DNA of 64,000 nt from assembly GCA_963827725.1 (NCBI GenBank), contig CAWHBM010000003.1, forward strand, positions 173,087 to 237,086. Reading direction: 5' to 3'. Positions within the stretch are counted from its first letter, which is position 1. Each line of letters begins with the position of its first letter. Positions 1-9,910 of the stretch are shown here, piece by piece. This stretch comes from an uncultured Actinomycetes bacterium. GTDB lineage: Bacteria > Actinomycetota > Thermoleophilia > Gaiellales > Gaiellaceae. The notes under the pieces were generated by a model that had not been told where the DNA came from, searched no databases, and saw only the letters and a program-made list of their open reading frames with translations. Made by a program: the position numbers and the translations under genes.

Positions 1-67
1 ACTCGCTGAAAGGGGGAGTGAGTGGTGGGAGTCAAGAGCAGTTGGTGGGACGGCCCGTAGGGGCGCT

Positions 68-1027
68 TCACCAGATCGAACGCAGTAGCTGAGCCACGGC
101 GTCCGATGCGGCGGGACGCGGGTTCGCCTGGGCCCCAGTCCGGGCGGCTGCTGCTTCTGCGACCTCCTCGAGCTCGTCCTCCGGCACGCCCACGTCGCGG
201 AGCCGCGCGAAGCCACCAAGACGCGCGAGCTCCTCGACGTGGCCGGCTGGATCAGTGGTTCCCATTGCCTCGCCGAAACGGGCGATCTCGGCTGCTGCCA
301 CGGCCGCGTTGAAGCGAAGAGCCGCCGGGAGCGCCAGCGCGTTCATCGCGCCGTGCGGAAGACCATAGCGCCCGCCGAGCGCCTGCGCCATCGCATGGCC
401 CAGCCCGAGGCCGGCTGCTGCGAGCGCAGCGCCCGCGTGCATCGCGCCCTCGAGAAGCGCCCGTCTCGCCTCCAGGTCGTGCGGATCGTCCACTACCTTC
501 GGCAGCCACTCTGAGATGAGCGTTGCGGCGGCCAGCGCCTCGCGGTCGCCCTCTTCGTTGCGCCCCTTCACGTAGAGCGCCTCGGCCGCGTGCGCCAGGG
601 CGTTCAGCGACGTGCCGACCGTCTCGGCTCGGGGCAGGTCGAGCGTGAGCTTCGGCTCGTAGACGATCCCCGCCAGCCGCGCACCCGAGCCGCCGCCTTT
701 CATGCGCTTGCCGTGGTCGCGAATGCCGAAGCTCGGCGTCCACTCGGCGCCCGAGTACGTCGTCGGGACCGAGACGATCGGGAGACCTGTCTCGACCGAG
801 ATTGCCTTGGCGAGGTCGATTGCGCTTCCGCCTCCGAGCGCGAGCAGCCCGTCCGCCCGTCCGGCAGCCGCAGCAGCGTCCTGAATTCGGTCCGACGGGA
901 CCTCGGACCAGGTTCCGGCCACGTCGACCGGAGCCTCCCAGCGCGGGCTTGCCACGAGGAACGGCCGCTCGATGTCCAGCTCGACGAGCAGGCCCGGCAG
1001 CTCCTCCAGGCCCCAGCGGACGATCAA
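68..1027 (-). CDS. iron-containing (group III) alcohol dehydrogenase / maleylacetate reductase-like oxidoreductase
   Basis: 319-aa ORF with LGGGSAIDLAK and HAMAQALGGRYGLPHG motifs typical of the Fe-ADH family. It overlaps the upstream LysR gene by 4 nt. Confidence 0.75.
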   Translation of the reverse strand: MIVRWGLEELPGLLVELDIERPFLVASPRWEAPVDVAGTWSEVPSDRIQDAAAAAGRADGLLALGGGSAIDLAKAISVETGLPIVSVPTTYSGAEWTPSFGIRDHGKRMKGGGSGARLAGIVYEPKLTLDLPRAETVGTSLNALAHAAEALYVKGRNEEGDREALAAATLISEWLPKVVDDPHDLEARRALLEGAMHAGAALAAAGLGLGHAMAQALGGRYGLPHGAMNALALPAALRFNAAVAAAEIARFGEAMGTTDPAGHVEELARLGGFARLRDVGVPEDELEEVAEAAAARTGAQANPRPAASDAVAQLLRSIW

Positions 1028-1914
1028 AGGCGTTCGCGCGCGAACTCGACGAAAGCGTCGGCCACGCGCGTCGAGACGCGTCCCGTCGCGCGGACGAGCG
1101 AGATCTCGCGGGACGGCTCGAGGCCCTCGACTGAAGCCGCAGCCAGCGTGCCTGCGGCAAGCTCGGGCTCGACGGCAGTGCGCGAGATGAACGTCACGCC
1201 GTGACCGGCCTCGACAGCGCTCTTGACGGACTCCTGCAGCCCGAGCTCGAGCCGCACGTCGAGGTCACGCAGGCGCGTCCCGGCCTGTCGCAGCTCGTCC
1301 TCGATCACTTGCCGGACGCCCGCGCCCTCCTGCATGACGATCAGCCGCTCGCCGCGGAGGTCGTCGAGGGTCACCGTCTTGCTTGCGAAACGATGCTCGG
1401 GCGGACAGACGAGGACGACCTCGTCCTGGAAGAAAGGCTCGTATGCAACGGAGCGGTTGCGCGGTGTCGCGCCGACGACGCCGAGCTCGAGCTCTCGGCG
1501 GGCGACGCGGTCTACGATCGTCTGCGTGTCCGAGATCGTGAGGTCGACCGTGACGTCGGGGTTCGCCTCTGCGAACTCGCAGAGGAGGACCGGGACGACC
1601 GTGCCGCCGGGGCCGGTGGAAGCGCCCATCGCCAACTGACCGCGCAGGGGGCCCTCGACCTCGCCGGCGACGTCCTCGAGCAGCTGTCGCTCCTGAGCCA
1701 GTAGGCGCTGCGCTCCGCGGTAGAGGCGCCGCCCGGCCTCGGTCGGCTCGACTCGTCGGCCTGACCGGTCGAGGAGCTGCTGCCCCAGACGCTCCTCGAG
1801 CGAACGCATCTGCTGGCTGACCGCAGGCTGGGTGACTCCAAGCCGCTCCGCCGCCTCCGAGAAGCTCTTTCGCTCGACGATCGCGCAAAAGGCGGCTAGC
1901 TGCCGCGTATCCAT
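1024..1914 (-). CDS. LysR-family transcriptional regulator
   Basis: 296-aa ORF. N-terminal wHTH (FSEAAERLGVTQPAVSQQMRSLEERLG) followed by a LysR-type substrate-binding region. Confidence 0.9.
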   Translation of the reverse strand: MDTRQLAAFCAIVERKSFSEAAERLGVTQPAVSQQMRSLEERLGQQLLDRSGRRVEPTEAGRRLYRGAQRLLAQERQLLEDVAGEVEGPLRGQLAMGASTGPGGTVVPVLLCEFAEANPDVTVDLTISDTQTIVDRVARRELELGVVGATPRNRSVAYEPFFQDEVVLVCPPEHRFASKTVTLDDLRGERLIVMQEGAGVRQVIEDELRQAGTRLRDLDVRLELGLQESVKSAVEAGHGVTFISRTAVEPELAAGTLAAASVEGLEPSREISLVRATGRVSTRVADAFVEFARERL

Positions 1915-1977
1915 AAGTAGAGCGGAAACTATGCACTTGACGAACCCAAGCGCCTGTCCCGACAGCCCTCCTTTCTC

Positions 1978-1992
1978 ATAAGAAGAGCTTAT
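1978..1992. promoter_or_regulatory. LTTR-box-like inverted repeat ATAAG-N5-CTTAT (fits T-N11-A)
   Basis: Perfect 5-bp arms about 65-80 nt upstream of the LysR start at 1914. The surrounding sequence is locally AT-richer. Confidence 0.3.
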
Positions 1993-2088
1993 CTAGTCAC
2001 AAGCCCTATCCGGCGTGGGATTTATCGTCGCCACTACGCCCCGAGACACATCGCGGGGTCGTGTGCCGGGTACGACGTCGTTCACGGA

Positions 2089-2340
2089 CTACGGGTCATC
2101 CTCGCGAAGGACGCTAATCCAACCCCACAATAGGAGGCCCATAAACCCACCGATCACGAAACCGACTATCACCCCGGCTATAAGACTGTCGAGGGGGTTG
2201 TAGTCCGTAGGCGTAGTCCCCGACGCGACCCCCGCGAAGCAGCCGCCAACGATTGCGCCGATCGTGGCGACTATGAAGCCTGGCAAGCACCCGGCTGACC
2301 CCTTCCCTCGCCCCTTCTCCTCGTCCGTAGTCATGGCCAC
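2089..2340 (-). CDS. small Gly-rich membrane protein (hypothetical)
   Basis: 83-aa ORF with two hydrophobic Gly-rich segments. I recognise no family. Confidence 0.4.
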   Translation of the reverse strand: MAMTTDEEKGRGKGSAGCLPGFIVATIGAIVGGCFAGVASGTTPTDYNPLDSLIAGVIVGFVIGGFMGLLLWGWISVLREDDP

Positions 2341-2405
2341 TCGTGCAAGTGCCGGTGCTCCGAGTAGAGCTTATCCGTGAGTGAGAGTTCTCGCCCTCGG
2401 GGCTG

Positions 2406-3222
2406 CTAGGGCTCCATCTGCATCGACGGGTTGGCCGGGTCCGCCGGATCCGTCAGCCCCGGCACGCTGCCCGGAGAGAACGCGATCCAGAGGCCGAGCG
2501 CTACGAACGCGACGGCGACGACCCTTGCCAGCCGCTCGCCGAACGGGAGCACCTTCTCCGCGAAGATCACGCCCGCAATCACCGCCATCCAGACGAGGCT
2601 CATCACGCCGAGGCTGAAGAGGACGATCATCAGGCCCCAGCAGCAGCCGACGCAGTAGAGGCCGTGCACGACGCCCATGCGCAGCGCGCCTCACCTTCCC
2701 CTCGTGCCAGGAGTGGAGGAAGAAATGGAGCGGCGTGCGGCAGTGGCGCAGGCAGACGTCCTTGATCGGGGTCAGCTGGTAGAGGCCGGCTGCGACGATC
2801 GCTCCGCCGGCGACGTAAGGCCCGGCGCGATCCCAGGCGAGCGCGCCGCCGGCCACGGCGTTCACGGCGCGGAAGACGCCATACGCGAGCAGGCCGTATG
2901 CGGTCCACGCCGCCAGGTAGCCCGCGACGAAGATCCACGTCGGCACGAATGACGCCTGCCCCCGGCTCGCGCGCTCCCGGCTCACCCTCGCGAACGCCAA
3001 CACCATCGGCGCCACCGACGGGAGCATCATCGCCGCCATCATCGTCACCCAGATGCCGATGAACCAGCTCAATCCGCCCAGGTCGGTGCCGGGGCCCGCG
3101 TCCATCCCGCGCATCCGGTCGAAAGTCACGATCCAGGCCACGAGGGCGGCGCCGAGCAGCACCACGGCGGCCGAGACCGGATCCAGACGGTGCCGCGGTG
3201 CCGGAGAAACGACCATCGGCAA
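2406..3222 (-). pseudogene. DUF2182 family metal-binding integral membrane protein with an apparent +1 frameshift near 2691
   Basis: The N-terminal frame (2371..3222 ORF) reads ...CLRHCRTPLHFFLHSWHEGKV and then degenerates. The C-terminal frame (2406..2678 ORF) reads GALRMGVVHGLYCVGCCWGLM.... Total length is 817 nt (3n+1). Removing one base at about 2691 joins the two parts. Confidence 0.7.
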
Positions 3223-3235
3223 GAATTAGAGCCCT

Positions 3236-3922
3236 GTGAGCCTGAGCATGCAAGGCGGAGCCAGCCTTGCCGAGCGCTATTCGCGGCTGGCCCAGGAAAT
3301 GCCGGACCGGCGACGGGTCGACTTCGAGCTTCGTGCGCTCGACATTCTGCTCTCGACGCTCTTCCTCGTCGTCGCGCTGCTGATCGCGGTACCGATCGGC
3401 GTCGGGATCGCCCTGACCTCGGGCCGACCGGTCTTCTACCGTGGGCAGCGGGTCGGCCGCGAAGGACGCGTCTTCACGATGACGAAGTTCCGCACGCTGC
3501 AGCCCGGGGCCGAAGCCAGGCTCGGACATAACCTCGGACCCGCCCTCGTCGAGCGGACGGAGGCCGAAGTCACGCGCATGGGACGCTGGCTCCGCGCGAC
3601 ACAGCTCGACGAGATCCCGCAGTTCTGGAACGTGCTGAAAGGCGACATGAGCCTCGTCGGGCCGCGCCCGATCCGCCCCCGCTTCTTCGAGGAGCTCGCA
3701 GCCGAGTTGCCCGCGTACTGGCAGCGACTCGTCGTGCGCCCGGGCCTGACCGGCTTCGCCCAGGTGCGGCGGGGCTACGAGACCTCGATGGTCGAGAAGC
3801 TCTCTCACGATCTCGAGTGGATCGCCGATCGCTCGCTGCGGCTCTACCTGCGCACGCTCGCGGCGACGGGCTGGCGTGTGCTCCGCCAGTCGCTGCAGGG
3901 CGTGTTCAGGCCCCGCGCATAG
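3236..3922 (+). CDS. small polyprenyl-phosphate sugar-phosphate transferase (PglC/WbaP C-terminal-domain type)
   Basis: Motifs KFRTL and LDEIPQFWNVLKGDMSLVGPRP, with one N-terminal hydrophobic helix. The start may instead be ATG 3299. Confidence 0.85.
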   Translation: MSLSMQGGASLAERYSRLAQEMPDRRRVDFELRALDILLSTLFLVVALLIAVPIGVGIALTSGRPVFYRGQRVGREGRVFTMTKFRTLQPGAEARLGHNLGPALVERTEAEVTRMGRWLRATQLDEIPQFWNVLKGDMSLVGPRPIRPRFFEELAAELPAYWQRLVVRPGLTGFAQVRRGYETSMVEKLSHDLEWIADRSLRLYLRTLAATGWRVLRQSLQGVFRPRA

Positions 3923-3932
3923 GCTTCGCGCC

Positions 3933-5823
3933 GTGTGTGGGATCTGCGGAATCGCAAGCGCTGCAGGCACGCCCGACCCCGGCCGCCTGGCCGGGATGAG
4001 CGCGACGCTCGTCCACCGCGGCCCCGACTCCGACGGGGCTTTCACCGACTCGGCGGTGGGGCTCGCGGCCCGACGGCTCGCGATCATCGACCTTGAGACG
4101 GGCGACCAGCCGATCTCGAACGAGGACGGCCGCATCACGGTCGTCCAGAACGGCGAGATCTACAACTACCGCGAGCTGCGGTACGAGCTCGAGCGCGCAG
4201 GGCATCGGTTCTCGACGAGCGGCGACACGGAGGTGCTCGCCCATCTCTACGAGGAGCACGGCGAGCGCTTCGCCGAACGGCTGCGCGGGATGTTCGCCGT
4301 CGCGCTCTGGGACTCCGAGCGGAACCGCCTCGTCCTCGCGCGCGACCGCTACGGGATCAAGCCGCTCTACTACCGAGAGACCGCCGACGAGCTGGCCTTC
4401 GCCTCCGAGTTGCGCGCTCTGCCCCGCGGCGAGGTCGATCTCGACGCGCTCGAAGCCTTCCTCGCGTTCAACTCCGTTCCCGGCCCGCTGACGATCTTTC
4501 GCGACGTGCGGAAGCTCCAGCCAGGGCACGTTCTCACCTGGGAGAACGGCCGGACCGAGTTGACGCGGTACGCTCGGCCGGCGCCGGTGCCGGCGTCCGA
4601 CGTGCGCAACGCGGAGGAGGCGGAGCTAGCTCGAGGAGCTGCGCGCCCGCCTGCGCGACTCCGTACGCGCGCACCTCGTCTCCGATGTTCCCGTCGGCGT
4701 GCTCCTGTCGGGCGGGGTTGATTCCTCCATGCTGGTCGCGCTTGCTGCGGAGGAAGCGGCGGAGCCCCTGCGCACCTTCTCGATCGGCTTCGAGGAGCGG
4801 AGCTTCGACGAGCTCGCCGATGCGCGGCTCGTGGCGGAGCGTTACGGCACAGAGCACCGCGAGCTCGTGCTGCGGCCCGACGCGGCGCTCCTCCTCCCCG
4901 CGCTCGCCGAGGCCTTCGACGAGCCCTTCGCCGACTCGTCGGCTCTTCCCACCTACCTCGTCTCCCGGCTCGCAGCCGAGGACGTGAAGGTGGCGCTTTC
5001 CGGCGAGGGCGGGGACGAGCTCTTCGGCGGCTACTACACGTACGCAGCCGATCTCCTCGCCCAGAGAACCGCGTGGACGGCGCCTCTCCTACGGCCCCTC
5101 GTCGAGCGGCTGCCGAGCTCCTCCAAGCGAGCGAGCTTCGATTATCGGGCGAAGCGGTTCGTCCGAGCTGCCCACCTGCCTCCACTCGAGCGCCATCACG
5201 GCTGGAAGGAGATCTTCTCGTCCGAGGCTCGGGCCGAGCTGACCGGCCGGCGGAGCGAGCTCGATCCGGTCGAGCTGCTCCGTGCGCGTTTCGGGGAAAC
5301 CGAGGGCGCCGAGCTCCTTGCCCGCCTCCAGGACGTCGACCTCGGCACCTACCTCGTCGACGACCTGCTCGTGAAGACCGACCGCGCCTCGATGGCGCAC
5401 TCGCTCGAGGCGCGCGTCCCGTTCCTCGACCCCGTGGTCACGAACTTCGCGCTCGCGTTACCCAGCCGCCACAAGGTCCGCGGCCTGCGCAAGAAGGTTC
5501 TGTTGCGGAAAGCCGCAGCTCCGCTCGTTCCGCCGGAGTTGCTCGAGCGCAAGAAGCGCGGCTTCTCGATTCCCGCGGCCGCCTGGTTGCGCGGCGAGCT
5601 CGAGCCGTTCGCCCGCGACACGCTCTCGGCCGAGACGCTTCACCGCCAGGGCTTCTTCCGCCCAGAGGCGGTCACGCGGCTGATCGACGACCACGTAGCC
5701 GGGCGCGAGGATCTGAGCCGCCAGCTCTGGGGCCTCCTCTCGTTCACGCTCTGGCACGAGCGGCACGTCGAACGAACACCCGGGCCCTTGCGCGAGCCCC
5801 GGCTCGAAGCGCTCGCCAAATGA
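3933..5823 (+). pseudogene. asnB: asparagine synthase (glutamine-hydrolysing)-like amidotransferase with an apparent +1 frameshift at 4626-4629
   Basis: GTG 3933 is followed by CGICGI, giving the N-terminal nucleophile Cys. The GATase domain lies in the 3876..4721 frame and the synthetase domain (LLSGGVDSS) in the 4699..5823 frame. Length is 1891 nt (3n+1). Deleting the A in gagctAgctcgag gives AELLEELRARL.... Confidence 0.85.
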
Positions 5824-6836
5824 AGGTCTGGATCGACATCTCGGCTCCCGCGCACGTGCTCGTCTTCCGGCCGCTGATGAAGCTCCTGCGCGAGCGAGGA
5901 GACGAGATCGAGGTGACGACGCGCGACTACGCGCAGACGCTCGAGCTGCTCGAGCGGCACGGGATCGACGCGACCGTGATCGGCCGGCACGGCGGACGGT
6001 CACGCGTGGGAAAGGCGGCATCCCTGGCGGGTCGCCTCCGCGCGCTCAGGCGCCATTCGCGCGACCGTGGCTTCGACCTCGCGCTCGCCCACGGCTCGCA
6101 CGAGCTGACGATCACCGCGCGGCGCCTTGGCATCCCGAGCGCAACCACGCACGACTACGAATACGCGACGCTCCAGCACCACCTCGGAGACCGCGCGGCG
6201 ACGAAGGTCGTCGTGCCCGAGGCGATCCCCCTCGAGCGAATGGCACGCTTCGGCGTCCGGCCGCCGAAGCTCCTCCAGTACCCCGGGCTGAAGGAGGAGT
6301 ACTACCTCCACGACTTCGAGCCGGACCCGACTGTGCTCGACGAGCTGCTCGTCAACAGGGAGCGGACGCTCGTGGTCGTGCGCACGCCCCCGGATGTCTC
6401 GCTGTACCACCGGCGCTCGAACCCGTTCTTCCCGCGTCTGCTCGCACACCTGGGCCGCCAGAACGACGTGCATGCGGTCGTCCTTCCTCGCAGCGCGGAG
6501 CAGCGCGAGTACGTTCGGGGACTGTCCCTCCCGTCGGTGATCGTCCCAGAGAAGGCCGTGGACGCACAGAGCCTGATCGCGCTTGCCGACCTCGTCGTCT
6601 CGGCCGGCGGGACCATGAATCGCGAGGCAGCGGCGCTCGGCGTGCCCGTCTACACGACGTACGGCGGCCGTCTCGGCGGCGTGGACGAGATGCTGCTTCG
6701 CGAAGGCCGGCTGCGGCCCCTCACCGACCCGCGTGCGCTCGCGCTGGAGAAGCGCCCGGTCGAAGGCGCCGAGCGGGTGCGGCGCCACCCGAAGCTCATG
6801 CTCGACCTGCTGCTCTCTGCCGCAGACCCCCTTTAA
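5820..6836 (+). CDS. DUF354 domain protein (glycosyltransferase-like, GT-B fold)
   Basis: ATG 5820 overlaps the asnB stop (ATGA). N-terminus MKVWIDISAPAHVLVFRPLMKLL.... The 587-aa track ORF is an upstream over-extension. Confidence 0.7.
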   Translation: MKVWIDISAPAHVLVFRPLMKLLRERGDEIEVTTRDYAQTLELLERHGIDATVIGRHGGRSRVGKAASLAGRLRALRRHSRDRGFDLALAHGSHELTITARRLGIPSATTHDYEYATLQHHLGDRAATKVVVPEAIPLERMARFGVRPPKLLQYPGLKEEYYLHDFEPDPTVLDELLVNRERTLVVVRTPPDVSLYHRRSNPFFPRLLAHLGRQNDVHAVVLPRSAEQREYVRGLSLPSVIVPEKAVDAQSLIALADLVVSAGGTMNREAAALGVPVYTTYGGRLGGVDEMLLREGRLRPLTDPRALALEKRPVEGAERVRRHPKLMLDLLLSAADPL

Positions 6837-6873
6837 ACTGGCGGCCGCAAGCAATCTTCAAAGGGGGAGAGAC

Positions 6874-8472
6874 ATGAGACGAAGGCTCTGGATGCTGCTG
6901 GCCGCAGCCGCCGCGATCGTGGCGATCGCAGCTCTGCCGGCCGGAGCCGGAGACAACGGCTCGGGGTTCCGCACCTCGGCGCCGTCGATGCTGACTCCGC
7001 TTACTCAAGGCTCGAGCGTCACACCGATCATGACGGTCGGCGAACAGCTCAGGGGATATCGGTTCGAGGCGATCCCGGACGGCATCTCGTTCACCCTGAA
7101 CGGCCGGGGCACGATGGACGTCTACCTCAACCACGAGACGTCGCTCGTCTCGTTCCCGGCGGGTCGAAGCGACTTCACCAACTCGCTCGTGAGCAAGCTG
7201 AGGCTGAACCAGCACAGCGCAGGCGTGCTGAAAGGCGAATACGTGATCCCGAACGACGCGAACTACCAGCGGTTCTGCTCCAACTTCCTCGTCGGGCCTG
7301 AGCATGGATTCGAACGCGAGCTCCTGCTCACGAACGAGGAGGCCCGTGACATCGTCCTGCGGGAGGGGTACGCATGGCATCCGCCGTCGGTGAGCCTGGA
7401 CGAGCCTTCCGCCGAGCAGGCGGGCGTCGTCGTCGCCATGGACCCAAGGAGCGGCGCGTATCGCTCGATCTACGGCATGGGACGCCATAACCACGAGAAC
7501 AGCGTCGGTGTTCCCGGCTACGGGCACCCGGTGGTGCTCTCGGGTGACGACACGTTCGACGCTCCCGCCTCGCAGCTCTACATGTATTCGGCCTCGAGTG
7601 GGCAGGCGGTCTGGAACGACCAGGGCACGCTGTATGCATTCGTCGCCGACGATCCGAATGTCAACGACTACGGTGACTTTCCGGCGGCTAACGGCGCTTC
7701 GGGACACTTCGTTCCGGTCCCGCGCATGATCGCGACAGGTAAGCGGGCCGACGGAACGGACGTGCGCGCGGCTGACTTCGGCTATCCGGACCCGCCCGGG
7801 TTGATCCCGGACGGGCCGCAGTGGGTGCTCGAGTACTGGAGCCACAACGTCGTGCGCGCATTGCAGTTCATCCGCGTCGAGGACATCGCCTACGACCGGA
7901 CGACGCCGAACGTCGTCTATTTCGCCGACACCGGCGAGCCGCGGGCGATCCCGGACGGCGCCGGGCGCCTTCGGCGGGGAGGCTCGGGCACACAGGGCCT
8001 CTATCCGAACGGCCGCATCTTCAAGATGGTGCTCGACCCGGATGAGCCGCTCACGGTGCAGAGCCTGTCGGTGCTGATCGACCACGATCCCCTCGGGTAC
8101 AACAACCCGGCCGCGATGCACCAGCCCGACAACATCGAGACGACGGCCGGGAGCCTGATGGTCCAGGAGGATCCAGGCGCGCACAACCAGGGCCCGGTCA
8201 ACGGGTACGCGAAGGTCTGGCGCTACAACTTCGCGACCACGGCCTTCGCGCCCGTCGCGCAGGTCAACCAGTCCCAGCGACCGGACCTTCCGATCGGCTC
8301 CTGGGAGTCGAGCGGGATCATCGACGCCTCGGCGGCTTTCGGCCCGGGTGCGTTCCTGCTCGACGTGCAGGCCCACGGCTGGGAGATCGAAACGGCGCCC
8401 AGCCCGTATCCGGGCATCGAGCTCAGGCGCGAGGCCGGGCAGATGATGCTGCTCCGGGTCCCCGGGTCCTGA
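6874..8472 (+). CDS. secreted PhoX/DUF839-like beta-propeller protein
   Basis: ATG 6874 is preceded by AAGGGGGAGA. Signal peptide MRRRLWMLLAAAAAIVAIAALPAGA. Motifs FCSNF...LLLTNEE, GRHNHENS and FIRVEDIAYD resemble the PhoX-like family as I remember it. Confidence 0.55.
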   Translation: MRRRLWMLLAAAAAIVAIAALPAGAGDNGSGFRTSAPSMLTPLTQGSSVTPIMTVGEQLRGYRFEAIPDGISFTLNGRGTMDVYLNHETSLVSFPAGRSDFTNSLVSKLRLNQHSAGVLKGEYVIPNDANYQRFCSNFLVGPEHGFERELLLTNEEARDIVLREGYAWHPPSVSLDEPSAEQAGVVVAMDPRSGAYRSIYGMGRHNHENSVGVPGYGHPVVLSGDDTFDAPASQLYMYSASSGQAVWNDQGTLYAFVADDPNVNDYGDFPAANGASGHFVPVPRMIATGKRADGTDVRAADFGYPDPPGLIPDGPQWVLEYWSHNVVRALQFIRVEDIAYDRTTPNVVYFADTGEPRAIPDGAGRLRRGGSGTQGLYPNGRIFKMVLDPDEPLTVQSLSVLIDHDPLGYNNPAAMHQPDNIETTAGSLMVQEDPGAHNQGPVNGYAKVWRYNFATTAFAPVAQVNQSQRPDLPIGSWESSGIIDASAAFGPGAFLLDVQAHGWEIETAPSPYPGIELRREAGQMMLLRVPGS

Positions 8473-8484
8473 CGGAAGCCTGCT

Positions 8485-8517
8485 TCGCCGCCGGGGCCGC
8501 TCAGGTCCCGGCGGCGA
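8485..8517 (+). terminator. GC-rich hairpin downstream of the PhoX-like gene
   Basis: 11-bp stem TCGCCGCCGGG/CCCGGCGGCGA with an 11-nt loop, starting 13 nt after the stop. There is no clear U-tract. Confidence 0.35.
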
Positions 8518-8620
8518 GCACCGTGGGCGCTGCGGACGATCTCGGCCAACGTAAGGCGTTACCTAGGCCCTGGCGGGGCCTCCGGCCTCCTTCGGCGCCT
8601 TCCACGTCGATAATCGGCCC

Positions 8621-9592
8621 ATGAAGCTGAGCGTTGTGCTGCCGGTGCACGACGAAGCTCCGGTCATCCCGGAGCTCGTTCGCAGGCTGACCGCCGTGCT
8701 CGAGGAGCTGGAGGGCGAGTGGGAAGCGGTGTTTGTCGACGACGGCTCCATCGACTCGAGCTGGGATCTGCTGCAAGCCGCCGCCGAGGGCGACGGGCGC
8801 ATTCGGGCGATTCGCTTCTCGCGTAACTTCGGTCACCAGATCGCATTGAGCGCCGGGTTGCACATGGCCACAGGCGACGCCGTGATCACGATGGACAGCG
8901 ACCTACAGCATCCGCCGGAGCTCATTCCGTCGCTCCAGGCCAGGGCCGGGGAAGGCTTCGACGTCGTCTATGCCGTTCGGAGCTCGTCCGACAGCGGCTC
9001 GTGGTTCAAGCGGCGCTCCGCAAGCCTCTTCTACTGGCTGCTCAACCGGATCTCGTCGCTCGAGCTCCCGCAGGCGGGCGGGGACTTCCGGTACATGTCG
9101 CGGCGGGTCGTGGACGCGCTGCTCGCGATGCCCGAGCGTCACCGGTTCCTCCGTGGGATGACCCGCTGGGTCGGCTTCGAGCAGGCGACGATCGAGTACC
9201 ACCGGCCGGCACGCGCCGGCGGAAAGTCCAAGTACACCCTGCGCAAGATGTTCGCTCTTGGCTGGGACGCGGTCGTCAGCTTTTCGTCGCTACCGCTTCG
9301 GGTCGCGAGCCTGCTCGGGTTCGTGTTCTCGTTCTTCGGACTGCTCTACCTCGCATACGTCGTCGCGGCCCGGGTCTTTACCGACAACACAGTGGCCGGT
9401 TGGACGTCCGTCGTCGCGACGGTGCTCGTGCTGGGCGGAGTCCAGCTGCTCTGCATCGGCATCATCGGGCAGTACCTGGGGCGCATGTACGAGGAGATGA
9501 AGGGCCGTCCGCTCTTCCTGGTCGCCGACGACACGGCCCGCCGCGAAGCGTCCGAGCTCAGCGAGCGAGAAGAAGCATCCCCGCGAAGATGA
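8621..9592 (+). CDS. family 2 glycosyltransferase, polyprenyl-phosphate sugar synthase type (ArnC/GtrB/DPM1-like)
   Basis: KLSVVLPVHDE, DDGSIDSS, FSRNFGHQ and DSDLQHPPE motifs, plus two C-terminal TM helices. Confidence 0.85.
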   Translation: MKLSVVLPVHDEAPVIPELVRRLTAVLEELEGEWEAVFVDDGSIDSSWDLLQAAAEGDGRIRAIRFSRNFGHQIALSAGLHMATGDAVITMDSDLQHPPELIPSLQARAGEGFDVVYAVRSSSDSGSWFKRRSASLFYWLLNRISSLELPQAGGDFRYMSRRVVDALLAMPERHRFLRGMTRWVGFEQATIEYHRPARAGGKSKYTLRKMFALGWDAVVSFSSLPLRVASLLGFVFSFFGLLYLAYVVAARVFTDNTVAGWTSVVATVLVLGGVQLLCIGIIGQYLGRMYEEMKGRPLFLVADDTARREASELSEREEASPRR

Positions 9593-9905
9593 CGAGGATG
9601 CCGGCGAGCCGCGTGGGAGACAGCGCTTCGCCGAGAAAGAAGTAGGCGCCAAGGACAATGCAGGCGTAGCCGACCCCGGCGAACGCGGGGAACGCGACAA
9701 CGACCTCCCAGCGCGTCAGCGCTACGAGCCACGTCAGGAAGCTGAGCGCGTAGAGCACGAACCCGAGCAGGAACGAGGGGTCGGCCAGGAGATCCTTCGC
9801 CGTGGCGACGGAGGCTCCGTCCACGTCCTTCAACGCCGTCCGCAGGAGCAGGACCCCGCCCGTGCCGAGCACGGCGTAGACGACGAGGTAGACGGCCATC
9901 GGCAT
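9558..9905 (-). CDS. small 4-TM EamA/SMR-like protein (ArnE/ArnF-like flippase subunit candidate)
   Basis: Real start is MPMAVYLVVYAVLG at 9905. About 115 aa with four hydrophobic helices. Convergent with the ArnC-like GT2. Confidence 0.55.
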   Translation of the reverse strand: MPMAVYLVVYAVLGTGGVLLLRTALKDVDGASVATAKDLLADPSFLLGFVLYALSFLTWLVALTRWEVVVAFPAFAGVGYACIVLGAYFFLGEALSPTRLAGILVIFAGMLLLAR

Positions 9906-9910
9906 GCGAG

